Origin: an uncultured Eubacteriales bacterium
GTDB lineage: Bacteria > Bacillota > Clostridia > Oscillospirales > CAG-272
Assembly (NCBI GenBank): GCA_934489945.1
Contig: CAKSSY010000001.1
Location: 12,044-76,043 of the forward strand
DNA length: 64,000 bases
Reading direction: 5' to 3'
A program made the translations under genes and the position numbers. This document shows, one piece after another, positions 38,658 to 51,374 of this stretch; position 1 is the stretch's first letter, and each line of letters starts with the position of its first letter. The notes below the pieces were generated by a model. The model was given only the letters and a program-made list of their open reading frames with translations, was not told the DNA's origin and did not search any database.

Positions 38658-41286
<2,629 letters not shown>

Positions 41287-41400
41287 TTATTATTATACCA
41301 AAGATTCATCCTCCTGTCAATCAAATTTTTGAAATTCTTTCTCACTGATTGTGCATTGTGTACAAAAAATAAACAAAAAGAAAAATAATATGCAATACTG

Positions 41401-41429
41401 TTTACAAAAACAAGAAACTGTGTTATACT
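41401..41429 (+). promoter_or_regulatory. Promoter of hpf (TTTACA-N17-TATACT with TGn)
   Basis: TTTACA at 41401-41406, and TGtTATACT ending at 41429. Confidence 0.5.
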
Positions 41430-41483
41430 GAAATCACGGATAAGGAAATGGTTCCGTATCCGAAGCTTCAAGGAGGAATCAAA

Positions 41484-42011
41484 ATGAAAGTAACGATCAA
41501 TGCCAGACAGATGACTGTCCGTGACAATCTTAAGGAGCTTGCTGTAAAAAAGCTGGATAAGCTCGACAAGTACTTCCCGAAAGAAGGGGAAGCTACGGTC
41601 ACTTTCAGTCGAAAACGCAACAAGGAAAATCTTGAAGTGACGATTTTTGCGGCAAATACACTGTTTCGCTGTGAGGTCGAAGAGGAAACTTTTCAGAATG
41701 CGCTTGACAGCTCTATTGATATGATCGAACGTCAGATTCGCAAGAATAAAACCCGTTTGGAAAAACGTCTTCGCCAGGAGGCGTTTGAGAGCCCGTTTGA
41801 TTCCGGAGAGACGGTTGAGGAAGAACAGGAGTTTGTGATTCGCAGAAAAACTTTTTCTTACAAGCCGATGTCGGTGGATGAAGCAATTTTGCAGATGAAT
41901 CTTTTGGAACATGAATTTTTTGTATTTGAAGATGCCGAAACCGAAAAGGTCTGTGTCGTGTATAAGCGCAAAAACGGCACATACGGTCTGATTACACCTG
42001 CCGCAGAATAA
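41484..42011 (+). CDS. hpf: Ribosome hibernation-promoting factor (long HPF)
   Basis: MKVTINARQMTVRDNLKELAVKKLDKLDKYF and the C-terminal dimerisation domain KPMSVDEAILQMNLLEHEFFVF. AAGGAGG RBS. Confidence 0.9.
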   Translation: MKVTINARQMTVRDNLKELAVKKLDKLDKYFPKEGEATVTFSRKRNKENLEVTIFAANTLFRCEVEEETFQNALDSSIDMIERQIRKNKTRLEKRLRQEAFESPFDSGETVEEEQEFVIRRKTFSYKPMSVDEAILQMNLLEHEFFVFEDAETEKVCVVYKRKNGTYGLITPAAE

Positions 42012-42039
42012 TTCTGTTGACAAAAAGCTCGCAAAAAAC

Positions 42040-42070
42040 GTTGGGGAGCCTTGCAAAAAGCTCCCCAACT
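42040..42070 (+). terminator. hpf terminator
   Basis: GTTGGGGAGCcttgcaaaaaGCTCCCCAAC hairpin. Confidence 0.55.
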
Positions 42071-42167
42071 TCCGCGGTTTCTTTTCAAAAGGCTGATACG
42101 CTTTCGGGTATTTTTTCTGCCAACAGGTTCATGTCGGCAGTCCGAACATTACGAAAAAGAGGGCATT

Positions 42168-42683
42168 ATGAATATATGGATTATATACGCAAGCAAAACG
42201 GGAACAACGAGAGATTGTGCTGAGAAGCTCGCAACCTTGTTTTCGCTGCATCGGGTGACTTGCGTGGATATTGAAAAGGAGATTCCCGATATTCGGGAAG
42301 CGGATGTCATTCTTGTCGGAACTTCTGTCCGCATGGGACGGATAGCTACGTCTGTGCGAAAATTTCTGACTGAAAATCATGAGGTTTTACTGACTGTGCA
42401 TCTCGGATTGTTTCTTTGTTGTGGATTTTGTGACAATGCAGAGTCATATTTTAAGAACAATTATGCCGCAGATCTTCTGGAGCATGCGGATTCGGCAATG
42501 ACTTTTGGCGGGGAAATGCGTGTAGAAAGGCAAAAGGGATTTGACAAGTTGATAGCGAAGCTGGCTCTTCGCAGTATCGCTTCGCACAATCGGGACGAAG
42601 ATCGGGAACACGATATTCCGCTCCCCGCGCTGATTCCGGAGAACATTCGACGTTTTGCTGATGAAATCCGTTCTGCATTGTGA
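42168..42683 (+). CDS. Flavodoxin-domain protein
   Basis: MNIWIIYASKTGTTRDCAEKLA FMN-phosphate loop. 171 aa. Start ATG at 42168. Confidence 0.7.
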   Translation: MNIWIIYASKTGTTRDCAEKLATLFSLHRVTCVDIEKEIPDIREADVILVGTSVRMGRIATSVRKFLTENHEVLLTVHLGLFLCCGFCDNAESYFKNNYAADLLEHADSAMTFGGEMRVERQKGFDKLIAKLALRSIASHNRDEDREHDIPLPALIPENIRRFADEIRSAL

Positions 42684-42750
42684 CGTCAAAATAACTATAA
42701 AATTTTGTCGTATATTCAAAAAGTTGTTTGCTTTGACGAATAACTTTTTC

Positions 42751-42779
42751 TTGACAAAAGTGTCTGTATGTGGTATTAT
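42751..42779 (+). promoter_or_regulatory. Consensus promoter of tRNA-Lys (TTGACA-N17-TATTAT)
   Basis: TTGACA at 42751-42756 and TATTAT at 42774-42779, 17 nt upstream of the tRNA. Confidence 0.6.
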
Positions 42780-42796
42780 TATGTGGTAGCTTTGAT

Positions 42797-42872
42797 GCCC
42801 CATTAGCTCAGAAGGTAGAGCACTTGACTTTTAATCAAGGTGTCCGGAGTTCGACTCTCCGATGGAGCACCA
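42797..42872 (+). tRNA. tRNA-Lys (UUU)
   Basis: GCCCCATTAGCTCAGAAGGTAGAGCACTTGACTTTTAATCAAGGTGTCCGGAGTTCGACTCTCCGATGGAGCACCA. Canonical 76-nt cloverleaf with anticodon loop CTTTTAA. Has a C3:A70 mismatch in the acceptor stem. Confidence 0.9.
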
Positions 42873-42884
42873 CAGAAAACAAAA

Positions 42885-42919
42885 AGAGAGCAGAGACAAT
42901 TATCTCTGCTCTCTTTTTC
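42885..42919. terminator. Bidirectional terminator (tRNA-Lys / hydrolase gene)
   Basis: AGAGAGCAGAGAcaattaTCTCTGCTCTCT plus a T run. Confidence 0.6.
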
Positions 42920-42932
42920 TGATTTTATCGGT

Positions 42933-43895
42933 TCAGGATAATTTTCTTTCCGACAGTGAATTCAGAAATTCCGTGACCTTTTGTTTGACTCTGTCGTGAT
43001 CCACCAGATAGCTCATACCGTGAGAAGCATTTTTTACGGTGATTACCTCGTGGCGGGAGGCACAGGCAGTATTATTTTCCCGTGTGTTGAGGATCGGCAC
43101 AAAGGTATCTGCTTCCCCGTGGACGAAAAGAACGGGAACTTTGGCATTTTGCAGTGTTTCTGTCGTGGAGCACTCGCGGAACGAAAAGCCGGCAAAAACT
43201 TTTGACATGGCATCAGCAACATACAAAAACGGAAAGACCGGGAGGTGAAACCGTGTCTTGAGAACATAGGAAAATTCGTCCCACGCGCTGGTGAAGCCAC
43301 AATCGGCGACAGCACCGACCACGTTGTGAGGCAACTCTTCTGAACCGATTGCCATCATTACGGTAGAACTTCCCATTGAAATGCCGGACAAAATCACAGG
43401 AAGATCATCTCCGATTTTGGTATTCAGAAAGCGAATCCAATCAATCAGATCGTAGCGTTCCTTCACGCCGAAGCAAATGTACTGTCCTTCGCTGGCACCG
43501 TGTGTACGTTGCTCAATGGCGAGAAGGTTATATCCCATTGCCCGGTAGTCACGCCATGCGCCGCTGAAATCATATCCAACTCGTCCACGCCAACCGTGCG
43601 TCAGAAGAATTGTACCGCGTGCGTTTTTGGTTTTGAGAAAGTATCCGTGCAACGAAAGTCCGTCTCGGCTTTGAATCCAAAGATCTTCCTTGTTTGCCGT
43701 CTGAAATGCCTCAAGTCCTTCACGGATAATCGGCGCATATGCCGACAATTCACCCTTTTCCAGATTGGAGAGTGCGGTGTTTTCGTTGATTTTGTCATTC
43801 CGTCGGCAGGCAAATTGAAAAAGAAACCACGAAATTGCAAGAACGAGAATCGCGATTCCCACAAAGGTTACCGCCGTAATTTTCAGATAAATCAT
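42933..43895 (-). CDS. Membrane-anchored alpha/beta hydrolase
   Basis: N-terminal TM segment (MIYLKITAVTFVGIAILVLAISWFLF), HGWRG oxyanion region, nucleophile GISMGS, and late D and H. Confidence 0.7.
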   Translation of the reverse strand: MIYLKITAVTFVGIAILVLAISWFLFQFACRRNDKINENTALSNLEKGELSAYAPIIREGLEAFQTANKEDLWIQSRDGLSLHGYFLKTKNARGTILLTHGWRGRVGYDFSGAWRDYRAMGYNLLAIEQRTHGASEGQYICFGVKERYDLIDWIRFLNTKIGDDLPVILSGISMGSSTVMMAIGSEELPHNVVGAVADCGFTSAWDEFSYVLKTRFHLPVFPFLYVADAMSKVFAGFSFRECSTTETLQNAKVPVLFVHGEADTFVPILNTRENNTACASRHEVITVKNASHGMSYLVDHDRVKQKVTEFLNSLSERKLS

Positions 43896-43944
43896 ACGAT
43901 TCCTTTCGATAAAAAAAGGGGAGGACAAGCCTCCCCGCATGAAG

Positions 43945-44199
43945 TCAATCGGTGATATAGGGCAGAAGAGCTACCTGACGTGCACGCTTGATGGCAGTGC
44001 TCAGATCGCGCTGGTGTTTTGCACAGGTGCCGGAAATTCTTCTGGGAAGAATCTTGCCGCGCTCGCTGATATATTTACGGAGCTTGCCGGCATCCTTGTA
44101 ATCGATGTAATCGACCTTATCTGCACAGAAAATGCAGATCTTCTTTCTTTTGTGCATCATCGGACGAGCCGGACGTGCGGAATTTTCATTTCTATCCAT
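43945..44199 (-). CDS. rpsR: 30S ribosomal protein S18
   Basis: [46 protein letters not shown]. Confidence 0.95.
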   Translation of the reverse strand: MDRNENSARPARPMMHKRKKICIFCADKVDYIDYKDAGKLRKYISERGKILPRRISGTCAKHQRDLSTAIKRARQVALLPYITD

Positions 44200-44249
44200 C
44201 TTATGAAACCTCCTCGTTAATTTTATTGGATGCGCCTTCGTTCCCGGAA

Positions 44250-44726
44250 TCAGAAGGGAAGAAAGCTCTCATCGGTGTTGACATTCTCGAACTTCGATGC
44301 GTCATCGCCACCGGACGAGAATGACGGTGCATTGTAAGCCTCGGGCGTATACGATTGTCCCGGATTGCCGGACGCTTCCCCCTTGCTGTCGACAAACATG
44401 GCTTCATCTACCACGACTTCGGTGGAAGTGCGTTTCTGACCTTGCTGATCCTGCCACGGTCTCACCTGAATAGAGCCGGTAACGCAGATCGAAGAACCTT
44501 TATGAAAGTATCTCGAAATAAATTCAGCAGTCTGACGCCATGCAACAAGATTGATGAAATCGGTTTGTTGCTGTGCCTGTTGTCCGTCGGCATTCTTTCC
44601 GCTGTATCGTCTGTTGACGGCAATGGAAAAGGAAAGGACGGAAATGCCGCTCTGTGTTTGTTTCAGCTCCGGGTCAGCGGTAAGTCTGCCCGCAAGCACG
44701 ACCTTATTCAGATTCAGATTTGCCAT
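44250..44726 (-). CDS. ssb: Single-stranded DNA-binding protein
   Basis: [29 protein letters not shown]-fold and the acidic C-terminal tip DESFLPF. Confidence 0.95.
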   Translation of the reverse strand: MANLNLNKVVLAGRLTADPELKQTQSGISVLSFSIAVNRRYSGKNADGQQAQQQTDFINLVAWRQTAEFISRYFHKGSSICVTGSIQVRPWQDQQGQKRTSTEVVVDEAMFVDSKGEASGNPGQSYTPEAYNAPSFSSGGDDASKFENVNTDESFLPF

Positions 44727-44744
44727 TTTTGTTTGCCTCCGTAA

Positions 44745-45149
44745 TTATTCGGCGTCTGTTGCTTCGGCAACCTCAGCGGCGGGAGCCTTTTCGATGACTT
44801 CGGAAATGTCGGTGACTTCGACATATTCGGGTGCTTCGGTCTTTGCTACTGCCTCATGTGTGAGCTTTACGATGGTCTTACGCAGAACCGCCTCATCGAT
44901 GTTGAGAAGACGATCAAGCTCTGCGGGGAACGAGGAAGCCGACTTGAAAGTGACGACCGTATAGTAACCTTCGTTCATATCTTCAATCGGATATGCAAGA
45001 CGACGCTTACCCCAGTCGGCAAGGTCAACGATTTCACCGTTCTCGGCAATGAGTGTCGTGAACTTTGACACGGTTTCCTTTGCCGCTTCTTCGCCGTTTG
45101 CAAGAGTAACGACGAACAGGCATTCATAAGAATTCATGATTTTTTCCAT
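44745..45149 (-). CDS. rpsF: 30S ribosomal protein S6 (with acidic C-terminal extension)
   Basis: YECLFVV..DWGKRRLAYPI motif and rpsF-ssb-rpsR synteny. GGGAGGTG RBS. Confidence 0.9.
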   Translation of the reverse strand: MEKIMNSYECLFVVTLANGEEAAKETVSKFTTLIAENGEIVDLADWGKRRLAYPIEDMNEGYYTVVTFKSASSFPAELDRLLNIDEAVLRKTIVKLTHEAVAKTEAPEYVEVTDISEVIEKAPAAEVAEATDAE

Positions 45150-45262
45150 ATTTTACACCTCCCTATGGACGTTAGATCGTGCGCATCGAAATTTACGCAC
45201 GATAAGGAGACGGGTAAAAACCCGTTCTAGAATAGTTTACCACATTTATTTCTTTTTGTCAA
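45150..45262 (-). promoter_or_regulatory. rpsF promoter (TTGACA-N17-TAAACT) and structured ~80-nt leader
   Basis: -35 at 45257-45262 and -10 at 45234-45239 on the reverse strand. The leader contains hairpins ACGGGTttttACCCGT and ATCGTGCGtaaatttcgatGCGCACGAT. Confidence 0.45.
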
Positions 45263-45281
45263 GGGATTTGCGAAAAAAGAC

Positions 45282-45314
45282 GCCCTCCTGCGAACAAATT
45301 GTTCGCAGGAGGGC
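45282..45314 (-). terminator. pot operon terminator
   Basis: GCCCTCCTGCGAACaatttGTTCGCAGGAGGGC followed by GTCTTTTTT on the reverse strand. Confidence 0.7.
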
Positions 45315-45319
45315 AAAAT

Positions 45320-46555
45320 TTAATCGTAGTATGCTGCGCGTATTTTCTTTTTGACAAAATGGACGGTAAGAACAGTACCGAAAGCCACAACAATCACTCC
45401 ACAGAGAATGAAGATGCCGACTCCGATTTTACTTTCAATCTTCAGGTCTTCCCAAAGCGTGTTCATCAGCATACGTGTTTCATCGGGGAGATCATGATAG
45501 TACTGCATATTACTGATATCAAAATCGTAGAGAATGGAGATGGCATCGGGGTGAACTTCCTCTGTCATATAGGCGATGTAGTCCTCATTCTCGAACACCA
45601 GTTTGTTGGGCCATGCGTAGCAGACATATTCTGCGTTGGCAACGGCAACTTCTTCGCTCAACATAAAATTGATGTATTCAAGAGCAAGGTCGTAGTTTTT
45701 CGTGCTGGAAGGAATGCACATGGCATCAACAAAAACGTTTGTGCCTTCCTTCGGATAATAAAACCCGAGCTGTTCGTTGTCGCCGTACATGGTAAAAAAG
45801 TCGCCGGCGTAGTACGATGAGATTGCTGCCGAACCGCCTTTCATCTTGTTGAAGATTTCGTCCATGACATATCCTTGGACAACATTTTTTTGCTTTTTCA
45901 GAAGTTCAAGGGCGGTTTGCCATTCGGCGGGGTCGGTGGAATTGACATCGTAACCGAGGTAGTATTGCGCGGTGCCGAAAGCATCACGAGGATTATTGAA
46001 CTGAAGGATATTTCCCTTGTAGTCTTCATCCCACATCAACGACCAACTTCCGAGGTCTTCATCATCCGGGTCAACCATATCGGTATTATAGATGATGCCG
46101 ACCGTACCGTAAGTATAGGGGACGGACCAGAGGTTGTCGGGATCATAGTAAAGATTTTTGAAATTGTCATCGATATACTTGTAATTCGGAATGTTCTTTT
46201 CGGGAGAGATCTCTTTGAGAAGTCCTTCGGCAGCGAGACGTGCCACCATATAGTCGGACGGGATAACGACATCGTAGCTGACCGCGCCGCTGGAGAGTTT
46301 GGCGTAAAGGTCCTCGTTGCTGGCATATGTGGAGTAATTGACTCTGACATTTATGCCGAGTTCTTTACGGCAATATTCCTCAAATGCGGCGTTGACATCC
46401 ATGGAATCTTCCGAGCCGTCGGAAATGTACTCGCCCCAGTTATACACATAAAGCGTTGTGGCGGCACCGGTCGGTTTTTCGGAGTCGTTTTCCCGGCAGG
46501 AAAACAAGCAGATTGATGCAAGAAGCAAAAGAAATACAAGAAGTGTTTTTTTCAT
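45320..46555 (-). CDS. potD: Spermidine/putrescine ABC transporter substrate-binding lipoprotein with an extra C-terminal TM helix
   Basis: MKKTLLVFLLLLASICLFSC lipobox and a PotD-like body (YVYNWGEYI). C-terminal IGVGIFILCGVIVVAFGTVLTVHFVKKK. Confidence 0.85.
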   Translation of the reverse strand: MKKTLLVFLLLLASICLFSCRENDSEKPTGAATTLYVYNWGEYISDGSEDSMDVNAAFEEYCRKELGINVRVNYSTYASNEDLYAKLSSGAVSYDVVIPSDYMVARLAAEGLLKEISPEKNIPNYKYIDDNFKNLYYDPDNLWSVPYTYGTVGIIYNTDMVDPDDEDLGSWSLMWDEDYKGNILQFNNPRDAFGTAQYYLGYDVNSTDPAEWQTALELLKKQKNVVQGYVMDEIFNKMKGGSAAISSYYAGDFFTMYGDNEQLGFYYPKEGTNVFVDAMCIPSSTKNYDLALEYINFMLSEEVAVANAEYVCYAWPNKLVFENEDYIAYMTEEVHPDAISILYDFDISNMQYYHDLPDETRMLMNTLWEDLKIESKIGVGIFILCGVIVVAFGTVLTVHFVKKKIRAAYYD

Positions 46556-47364
46556 GCCGCCCCTCCGTTCTTTTTGCTTTTTGCTCCGCGCGAACCGGCA
46601 AAATTGACGGCAAGCAATAGCGCGAGAATGACGAATACCATCAGTGCACAAAGAGCGTACATACTGTATTTGACCTCGTGTGCGGTCTGGTTGTAAACGT
46701 AGAGGGGGAGAGTCTGAAAATCGGGGGAGCTGACGAAATGGCTGATAACAAAGTCGTCAAGCGAAAGGGTAAAGCCCATCATCAGTCCCGAGATGACACC
46801 CGGCATGACAAACGGCAACTCGACCTTGAAAAAGGTCTTTGTCGGCGTACAGCCGAGGTCAAGTGCTGCCTCGCGCAGACGAGGGTCCATCTGGCGGAAA
46901 CGCGGGAGGACAGACAAAATAACATACGGAAGATTAAATGTGGTGTGAGCGATAATCATGGTCGGCAGACCGAATCGAATCGGCAGAAACGACAGGGAAA
47001 TTGCACCGACAAAGAGAAGCATCATGGAAACACCGGTCACAATATCGGGGTTCATCATCGGGATATTGGTAACCGTAATCAGTGCATTCTTCAGATGTTT
47101 ACTTTTCATCCGGTCGATACCGAGGGCGGCAAAGGTGCCGATGACGGTGGCAAGCAGAGAGGAGGTGACCGCGAGAATCAGGGAATTGCGAAGAGCACTG
47201 AGGGCACTGGAATCGCGGAACAATTCGCGGTACCAGTAGAGCGAAACGCCCGAAAAGCGGTTCAGTGTGCCTGCACGGTTAAAGGAAAACAATACAAGGA
47301 CAATGATCGGCGCATAAAGAAGTGCGAAAATGACCCACATATAAATTCTGGACAGTCTTTTCAT
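46552..47364 (-). CDS. potC: Spermidine/putrescine ABC transporter permease
   Basis: EAA-loop REAALDLGCTPTKTFFKVELP. 6 TM segments. 4-nt overlaps with neighbours. Confidence 0.9.
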   Translation of the reverse strand: MKRLSRIYMWVIFALLYAPIIVLVLFSFNRAGTLNRFSGVSLYWYRELFRDSSALSALRNSLILAVTSSLLATVIGTFAALGIDRMKSKHLKNALITVTNIPMMNPDIVTGVSMMLLFVGAISLSFLPIRFGLPTMIIAHTTFNLPYVILSVLPRFRQMDPRLREAALDLGCTPTKTFFKVELPFVMPGVISGLMMGFTLSLDDFVISHFVSSPDFQTLPLYVYNQTAHEVKYSMYALCALMVFVILALLLAVNFAGSRGAKSKKNGGAA

Positions 47365-48185
47365 ACAATCATGCCTCCTTCCTTGTTGTCGGAAAAGCGG
47401 TTCATAACCGCAACCGAGATCAGAATCAGGATCATCATGACCAACGAAATGGCTGCACCGATATTATAAGTGTTGACATTTTGGAATTGACGTTCAATGG
47501 TATCACCGATCAGATCAAAAGCACCACCGCCCAGTTTTTGAGAAATGTAGAAGGTGCTGATGGAAGGGACAAAAACCATTGTAATTCCCGAAATGATTCC
47601 CGGTACCGAGAGGGGGAGGGTGACACGGAACAGTGTCATGACACCGTTGCATCCGAGATCGCTTGCCGCCTCATAATATCGCTTGTCCAGCTTGGAAATG
47701 CTGGTATAAATCGGAAGAACCATATAGGGCAAAAAGTCATAGACCATGCCGAGGATAACAGCACCCGATGTGCCGACGATCTTGACTTTGGGAAGCCCGA
47801 TTGTTTCGAGAAGCGAATTGAGGAGTCCGCCATTGTCGAGAATCGTCATCAGGGAATATGTGCGGATCAGGAGGCTGATCCACATGGGCAACATCAGAAA
47901 AACAATCAGCATTTTCTGTTTGCGCGGCGAAAGTTGTGAAATAATATAGGCGAGCGGGTACCCGATGATAAGGCAGATGGCTGTAGCGATGAGGGCAAAG
48001 CAGATCGACAGCAGGAAGATGTGGGTATATCCCGACAGCATGGTAATATTGTCAAACGTAAAATTGCCGTAAGTGTCCGTAAAAGCAAAATATATGACAA
48101 AAATCAGCGGCGCAACAATGAAGAGCAATGCCCAGACGCTATGAGGAACGGCGGCAAAGTTTTCCGAGAAAGAACGTTTTTTCAT
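47361..48185 (-). CDS. potB: Spermidine/putrescine ABC transporter permease
   Basis: EAA-loop [21 protein letters not shown]. 6 TM segments. Confidence 0.9.
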   Translation of the reverse strand: MKKRSFSENFAAVPHSVWALLFIVAPLIFVIYFAFTDTYGNFTFDNITMLSGYTHIFLLSICFALIATAICLIIGYPLAYIISQLSPRKQKMLIVFLMLPMWISLLIRTYSLMTILDNGGLLNSLLETIGLPKVKIVGTSGAVILGMVYDFLPYMVLPIYTSISKLDKRYYEAASDLGCNGVMTLFRVTLPLSVPGIISGITMVFVPSISTFYISQKLGGGAFDLIGDTIERQFQNVNTYNIGAAISLVMMILILISVAVMNRFSDNKEGGMIV

Positions 48186-49324
48186 TCCGGCATTTCCTCC
48201 TCCTGCTCCTCGACGGATTCGGCATCGGAAAGCTCGTCAAATTCATCGCTGAACGAGGAATAGTCGCCGAACATATTGGAGTATTCGGACTTTTTCATGA
48301 CGTGAATGGCATCCGGCTCAATATACAGTCCGATTGTGTCGCCGGGAGCCACATAGTCTGTGGACTGAATCATCCATTTGAAATTCTGGATATCGACAAT
48401 GATTTCCCAATGAACGCCTTTGAACGTGACACTGGTGACGACACCTTCCAACATTCCTTTTTCGGGGGAGACAACGTCCACATCTTCGGGGCGGATGACA
48501 ATGTCGACTTTTTCTTTCGGAGCAAAACCTTTGTCAACGCAGTCAAAGATGTGACCGGCGAATTTTGCCTTGTAGTCTTCAAGCATTATTCCGTCAAGGA
48601 TATTGGATTCTCCGATGAAGTCGGCAACGAAGGCATTGACCGGTTCGTTGTAAATATCGGCAGGTGTGCCGATTTGCTGAATTTTACCGTCTGCCATCAC
48701 CACGACGGTGTCGGACATGGAGAGTGCTTCTTCCTGATCGTGGGTGACGTAAATAAAGGTAATGCCGGTTTTTGTCTGAATATTTTTCAGCTCATTCTGC
48801 ATATCTTTTCGGAGTTTTAAGTCAAGGGCACCCAAGGGTTCATCAAGCAAAAGAACTTTCGGTTGGTTAATCAGTGCACGGGCAATGGCCACACGCTGTT
48901 GCTGTCCGCCGGAAAGGAAATTGACGTTTTTCTTTTCAAAGCCTTTCAGATTGACGAGAGCCAACATTTCTTTGACTCGCGTTCGTATTTCCGCGTCGTG
49001 CATTTTCTTTACACGAAGACCGAAAGCGATGTTTTCATAAACATTCAGATGAGGAAAGAGCGCGTACTTTTGGAAAACCGTGTTGACGTGTCGCTTGTAA
49101 GGGGGAACATCGTTCAGAACGGCTCCGTCAAAAATGATTTTTCCTCTGTCCGGAGACGCGAATCCGCTGATGATACGAAGCGTGGTGGTTTTTCCGCAAC
49201 CGGAAGGACCGAGCAGTGTTACAAATTCCTTGTCATGAATGTCAAGATCAATGGACTTCAGAACCTGTTCGCCGTCAAACTCCTTGCAGATACCTTTCAA
49301 TTCGATGAGCTTTTTTTTCTCCAT
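48182..49324 (-). CDS. potA: Spermidine/putrescine ABC transporter ATP-binding protein
   Basis: [35 protein letters not shown], and a TOBE-like C-domain plus an acidic tail [22 protein letters not shown]. Start [11 protein letters not shown]. Confidence 0.9.
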   Translation of the reverse strand: MEKKKLIELKGICKEFDGEQVLKSIDLDIHDKEFVTLLGPSGCGKTTTLRIISGFASPDRGKIIFDGAVLNDVPPYKRHVNTVFQKYALFPHLNVYENIAFGLRVKKMHDAEIRTRVKEMLALVNLKGFEKKNVNFLSGGQQQRVAIARALINQPKVLLLDEPLGALDLKLRKDMQNELKNIQTKTGITFIYVTHDQEEALSMSDTVVVMADGKIQQIGTPADIYNEPVNAFVADFIGESNILDGIMLEDYKAKFAGHIFDCVDKGFAPKEKVDIVIRPEDVDVVSPEKGMLEGVVTSVTFKGVHWEIIVDIQNFKWMIQSTDYVAPGDTIGLYIEPDAIHVMKKSEYSNMFGDYSSFSDEFDELSDAESVEEQEEEMPE

Positions 49325-49447
49325 TCGACATAAATACTCCTTTAGAATCATACAGAATTTTCAAATCGCGGGCGTACCGTTTTTTGAATGGATATATTTT
49401 AGCAGATATGTCCTGGAATTGCAATATCTTTTGAAAAATATTTTGTT

Positions 49448-50023
49448 CTAAGGAGAGTTTTTTTGCAGAAAAATGCGAAAAAAGATCGCTGTGGAGAAAA
49501 AGAAGAGGGAGAGGCTGTTTCCGGTTCGCAAAATCAGATAAATTGAGACGCTCCAAAGTGCAAACAAAAATAAAAAAGAGAGAAAATCCGTTATGCGGCA
49601 GGCGATCGCGGCATTTCCGAAGTGTGCGAGGAGACAGAAACAGATTCTGCCGCCGTCAAAGCCCTGTACAGGCATGAGATTCAGGATGGCGAACGCTGTC
49701 GAAACGGATAGAAAAAAGGAATCTTTCGGGAGCCCACAGAGAAGTCCGATGCCGACGGAGAGCAGGTTGAAAAAGGGACCTGCCGCGCAAAGAAGAATTT
49801 CTTTCCTGTAGGAGAGAATTTGCCCGCGGAACAAAAGGCGGATTCCGAAGGTGTCGGCATAAACTCCGTTTGGTTTTATGCCGAGAAGAACTGCCGAGAG
49901 AAGATGACCTGATTCATGAATCAGAATGGCAAGGAGAGTCAGGAATGGCACTTTGGTCGGGACGGTAAGTGTCCAGACGAGGATGCCGATAAGAAAAACA
50001 ACAAAACTGATTTTCCGGAGCAT
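49448..50023 (-). CDS. M50 family site-2 metalloprotease (SpoIVFB-like core)
   Basis: HESGH (HExxH) in a TM helix and NLMPVQGFDGGR (NxxPxxxxDG). Start MLRKISF follows AAGGGGGA. Confidence 0.7.
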   Translation of the reverse strand: MLRKISFVVFLIGILVWTLTVPTKVPFLTLLAILIHESGHLLSAVLLGIKPNGVYADTFGIRLLFRGQILSYRKEILLCAAGPFFNLLSVGIGLLCGLPKDSFFLSVSTAFAILNLMPVQGFDGGRICFCLLAHFGNAAIACRITDFLSFLFLFALWSVSIYLILRTGNSLSLFFFSTAIFFRIFLQKNSP

Positions 50024-50182
50024 ACGTTTCCCCCTTTCCGACGACATCAGATGCGTCTTCACAAAAAATTAACAAATAAATTTTGGTTGTCTGTTGCAAA
50101 ATGGACAAAAAGAGTATACAATAAAGACCGTTAAAAGAACGGGAAGTGACGGGACCGTAAAAACCGTGAAGAAAGGATCAAT

Positions 50183-51352
50183 ATGGAAATCAATCAGAAA
50201 AGAATTTATGCCGATAATGCGGCAACAACGCCGGTTTCGAGCGAAGTCATAGAAGCAATGGAACCCTGTTTCCGTGAATTTTGGGGCAATCCCTCCAGTC
50301 TTTATCAGGAAGGTCAGCGCGCCAAGGAGATTGTGGATGCCGCTAGAGAAAAGGTGGCAGCTGCGCTTGGATGCGATGCCGGGGAAATTTATTTTACTTC
50401 CTGCGGCTCCGAGTCGGACAACTGGGCAATCAAGGGAGCCGCACACGCACCGGGAAACAAGAGAAAGAAGATTGTTACCAGCAAGATTGAGCATCATGCG
50501 GTTCTTTATACCTGTGAGGCACTTGCCAAGGAGGGGTATGAAGTCGTGTATGTCGATGTTGATGCAAACGGTGTGATTAACATGGACGAGCTTCGCGCGG
50601 CTGTAGATGATAATACTGCGATTGTTGCCGTGATGATGGCGAACAATGAGATCGGCACGATTGAACCGATTGCCGAAATTGCCCGGATTGCTCACGAACA
50701 TGGTGCTCTTATGTTTACCGACGCGGTTCAGGCGGTTGGCAATATTCCTGTAAATGTGAAGGAATTGGGAGTGGATATGCTTTCTCTTTCCGGTCATAAA
50801 CTTCACGCGCCAAAAGGGATCGGTGCCTTGTATATCAGAAAGGGGGTTCGTATCCGCACATTGATTGACGGTGGCGGACAAGAACGCGGAAAACGGGGAG
50901 GAACCGAAAACGTTCCTTATATTGCGGGACTTGGTGTGGCATTGGAAACTGCTGTAAAGCGTTTGCCGGATATGGAAAGGGTCAAAATGTTGAGAGAACG
51001 TTTGATTGACGGCTTGCTGCGGATTCCGTATTCTCAGCTTAACGGTGACAGAGAGTGCCGCCTCCCGGGAAATGCCAATTTTTCGTTTTCGTTTGTGGAA
51101 GGAGAGAGTCTTCTTCTTTTGCTGGATCTTGCCGGAATCAGTGCATCTACCGGTTCGGCGTGTTCGTCAAAGTCGTTGGAACCCTCACATGTGCTGATGG
51201 CGATTGGTGTGGAAGTGGAAATGGCGCATGGGTCGCTTCGTTTTTCCCTTTCTCACGAAAATACGGAAGAGGATGTCGACCGCATTATTGAAACTGTGAA
51301 GGCAAGCGTGGAACGCCTCAGAGCTATGAGCCCGCTTTGCCCTGCCAAATAA
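50183..51352 (+). CDS. nifS: Cysteine desulfurase NifS
   Basis: [25 protein letters not shown] (PLP Lys) and [10 protein letters not shown] (active-site Cys). Confidence 0.9.
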   Translation: MEINQKRIYADNAATTPVSSEVIEAMEPCFREFWGNPSSLYQEGQRAKEIVDAAREKVAAALGCDAGEIYFTSCGSESDNWAIKGAAHAPGNKRKKIVTSKIEHHAVLYTCEALAKEGYEVVYVDVDANGVINMDELRAAVDDNTAIVAVMMANNEIGTIEPIAEIARIAHEHGALMFTDAVQAVGNIPVNVKELGVDMLSLSGHKLHAPKGIGALYIRKGVRIRTLIDGGGQERGKRGGTENVPYIAGLGVALETAVKRLPDMERVKMLRERLIDGLLRIPYSQLNGDRECRLPGNANFSFSFVEGESLLLLLDLAGISASTGSACSSKSLEPSHVLMAIGVEVEMAHGSLRFSLSHENTEEDVDRIIETVKASVERLRAMSPLCPAK

Positions 51353-51374
51353 TATTATCAAAGGAGAAAACAAT

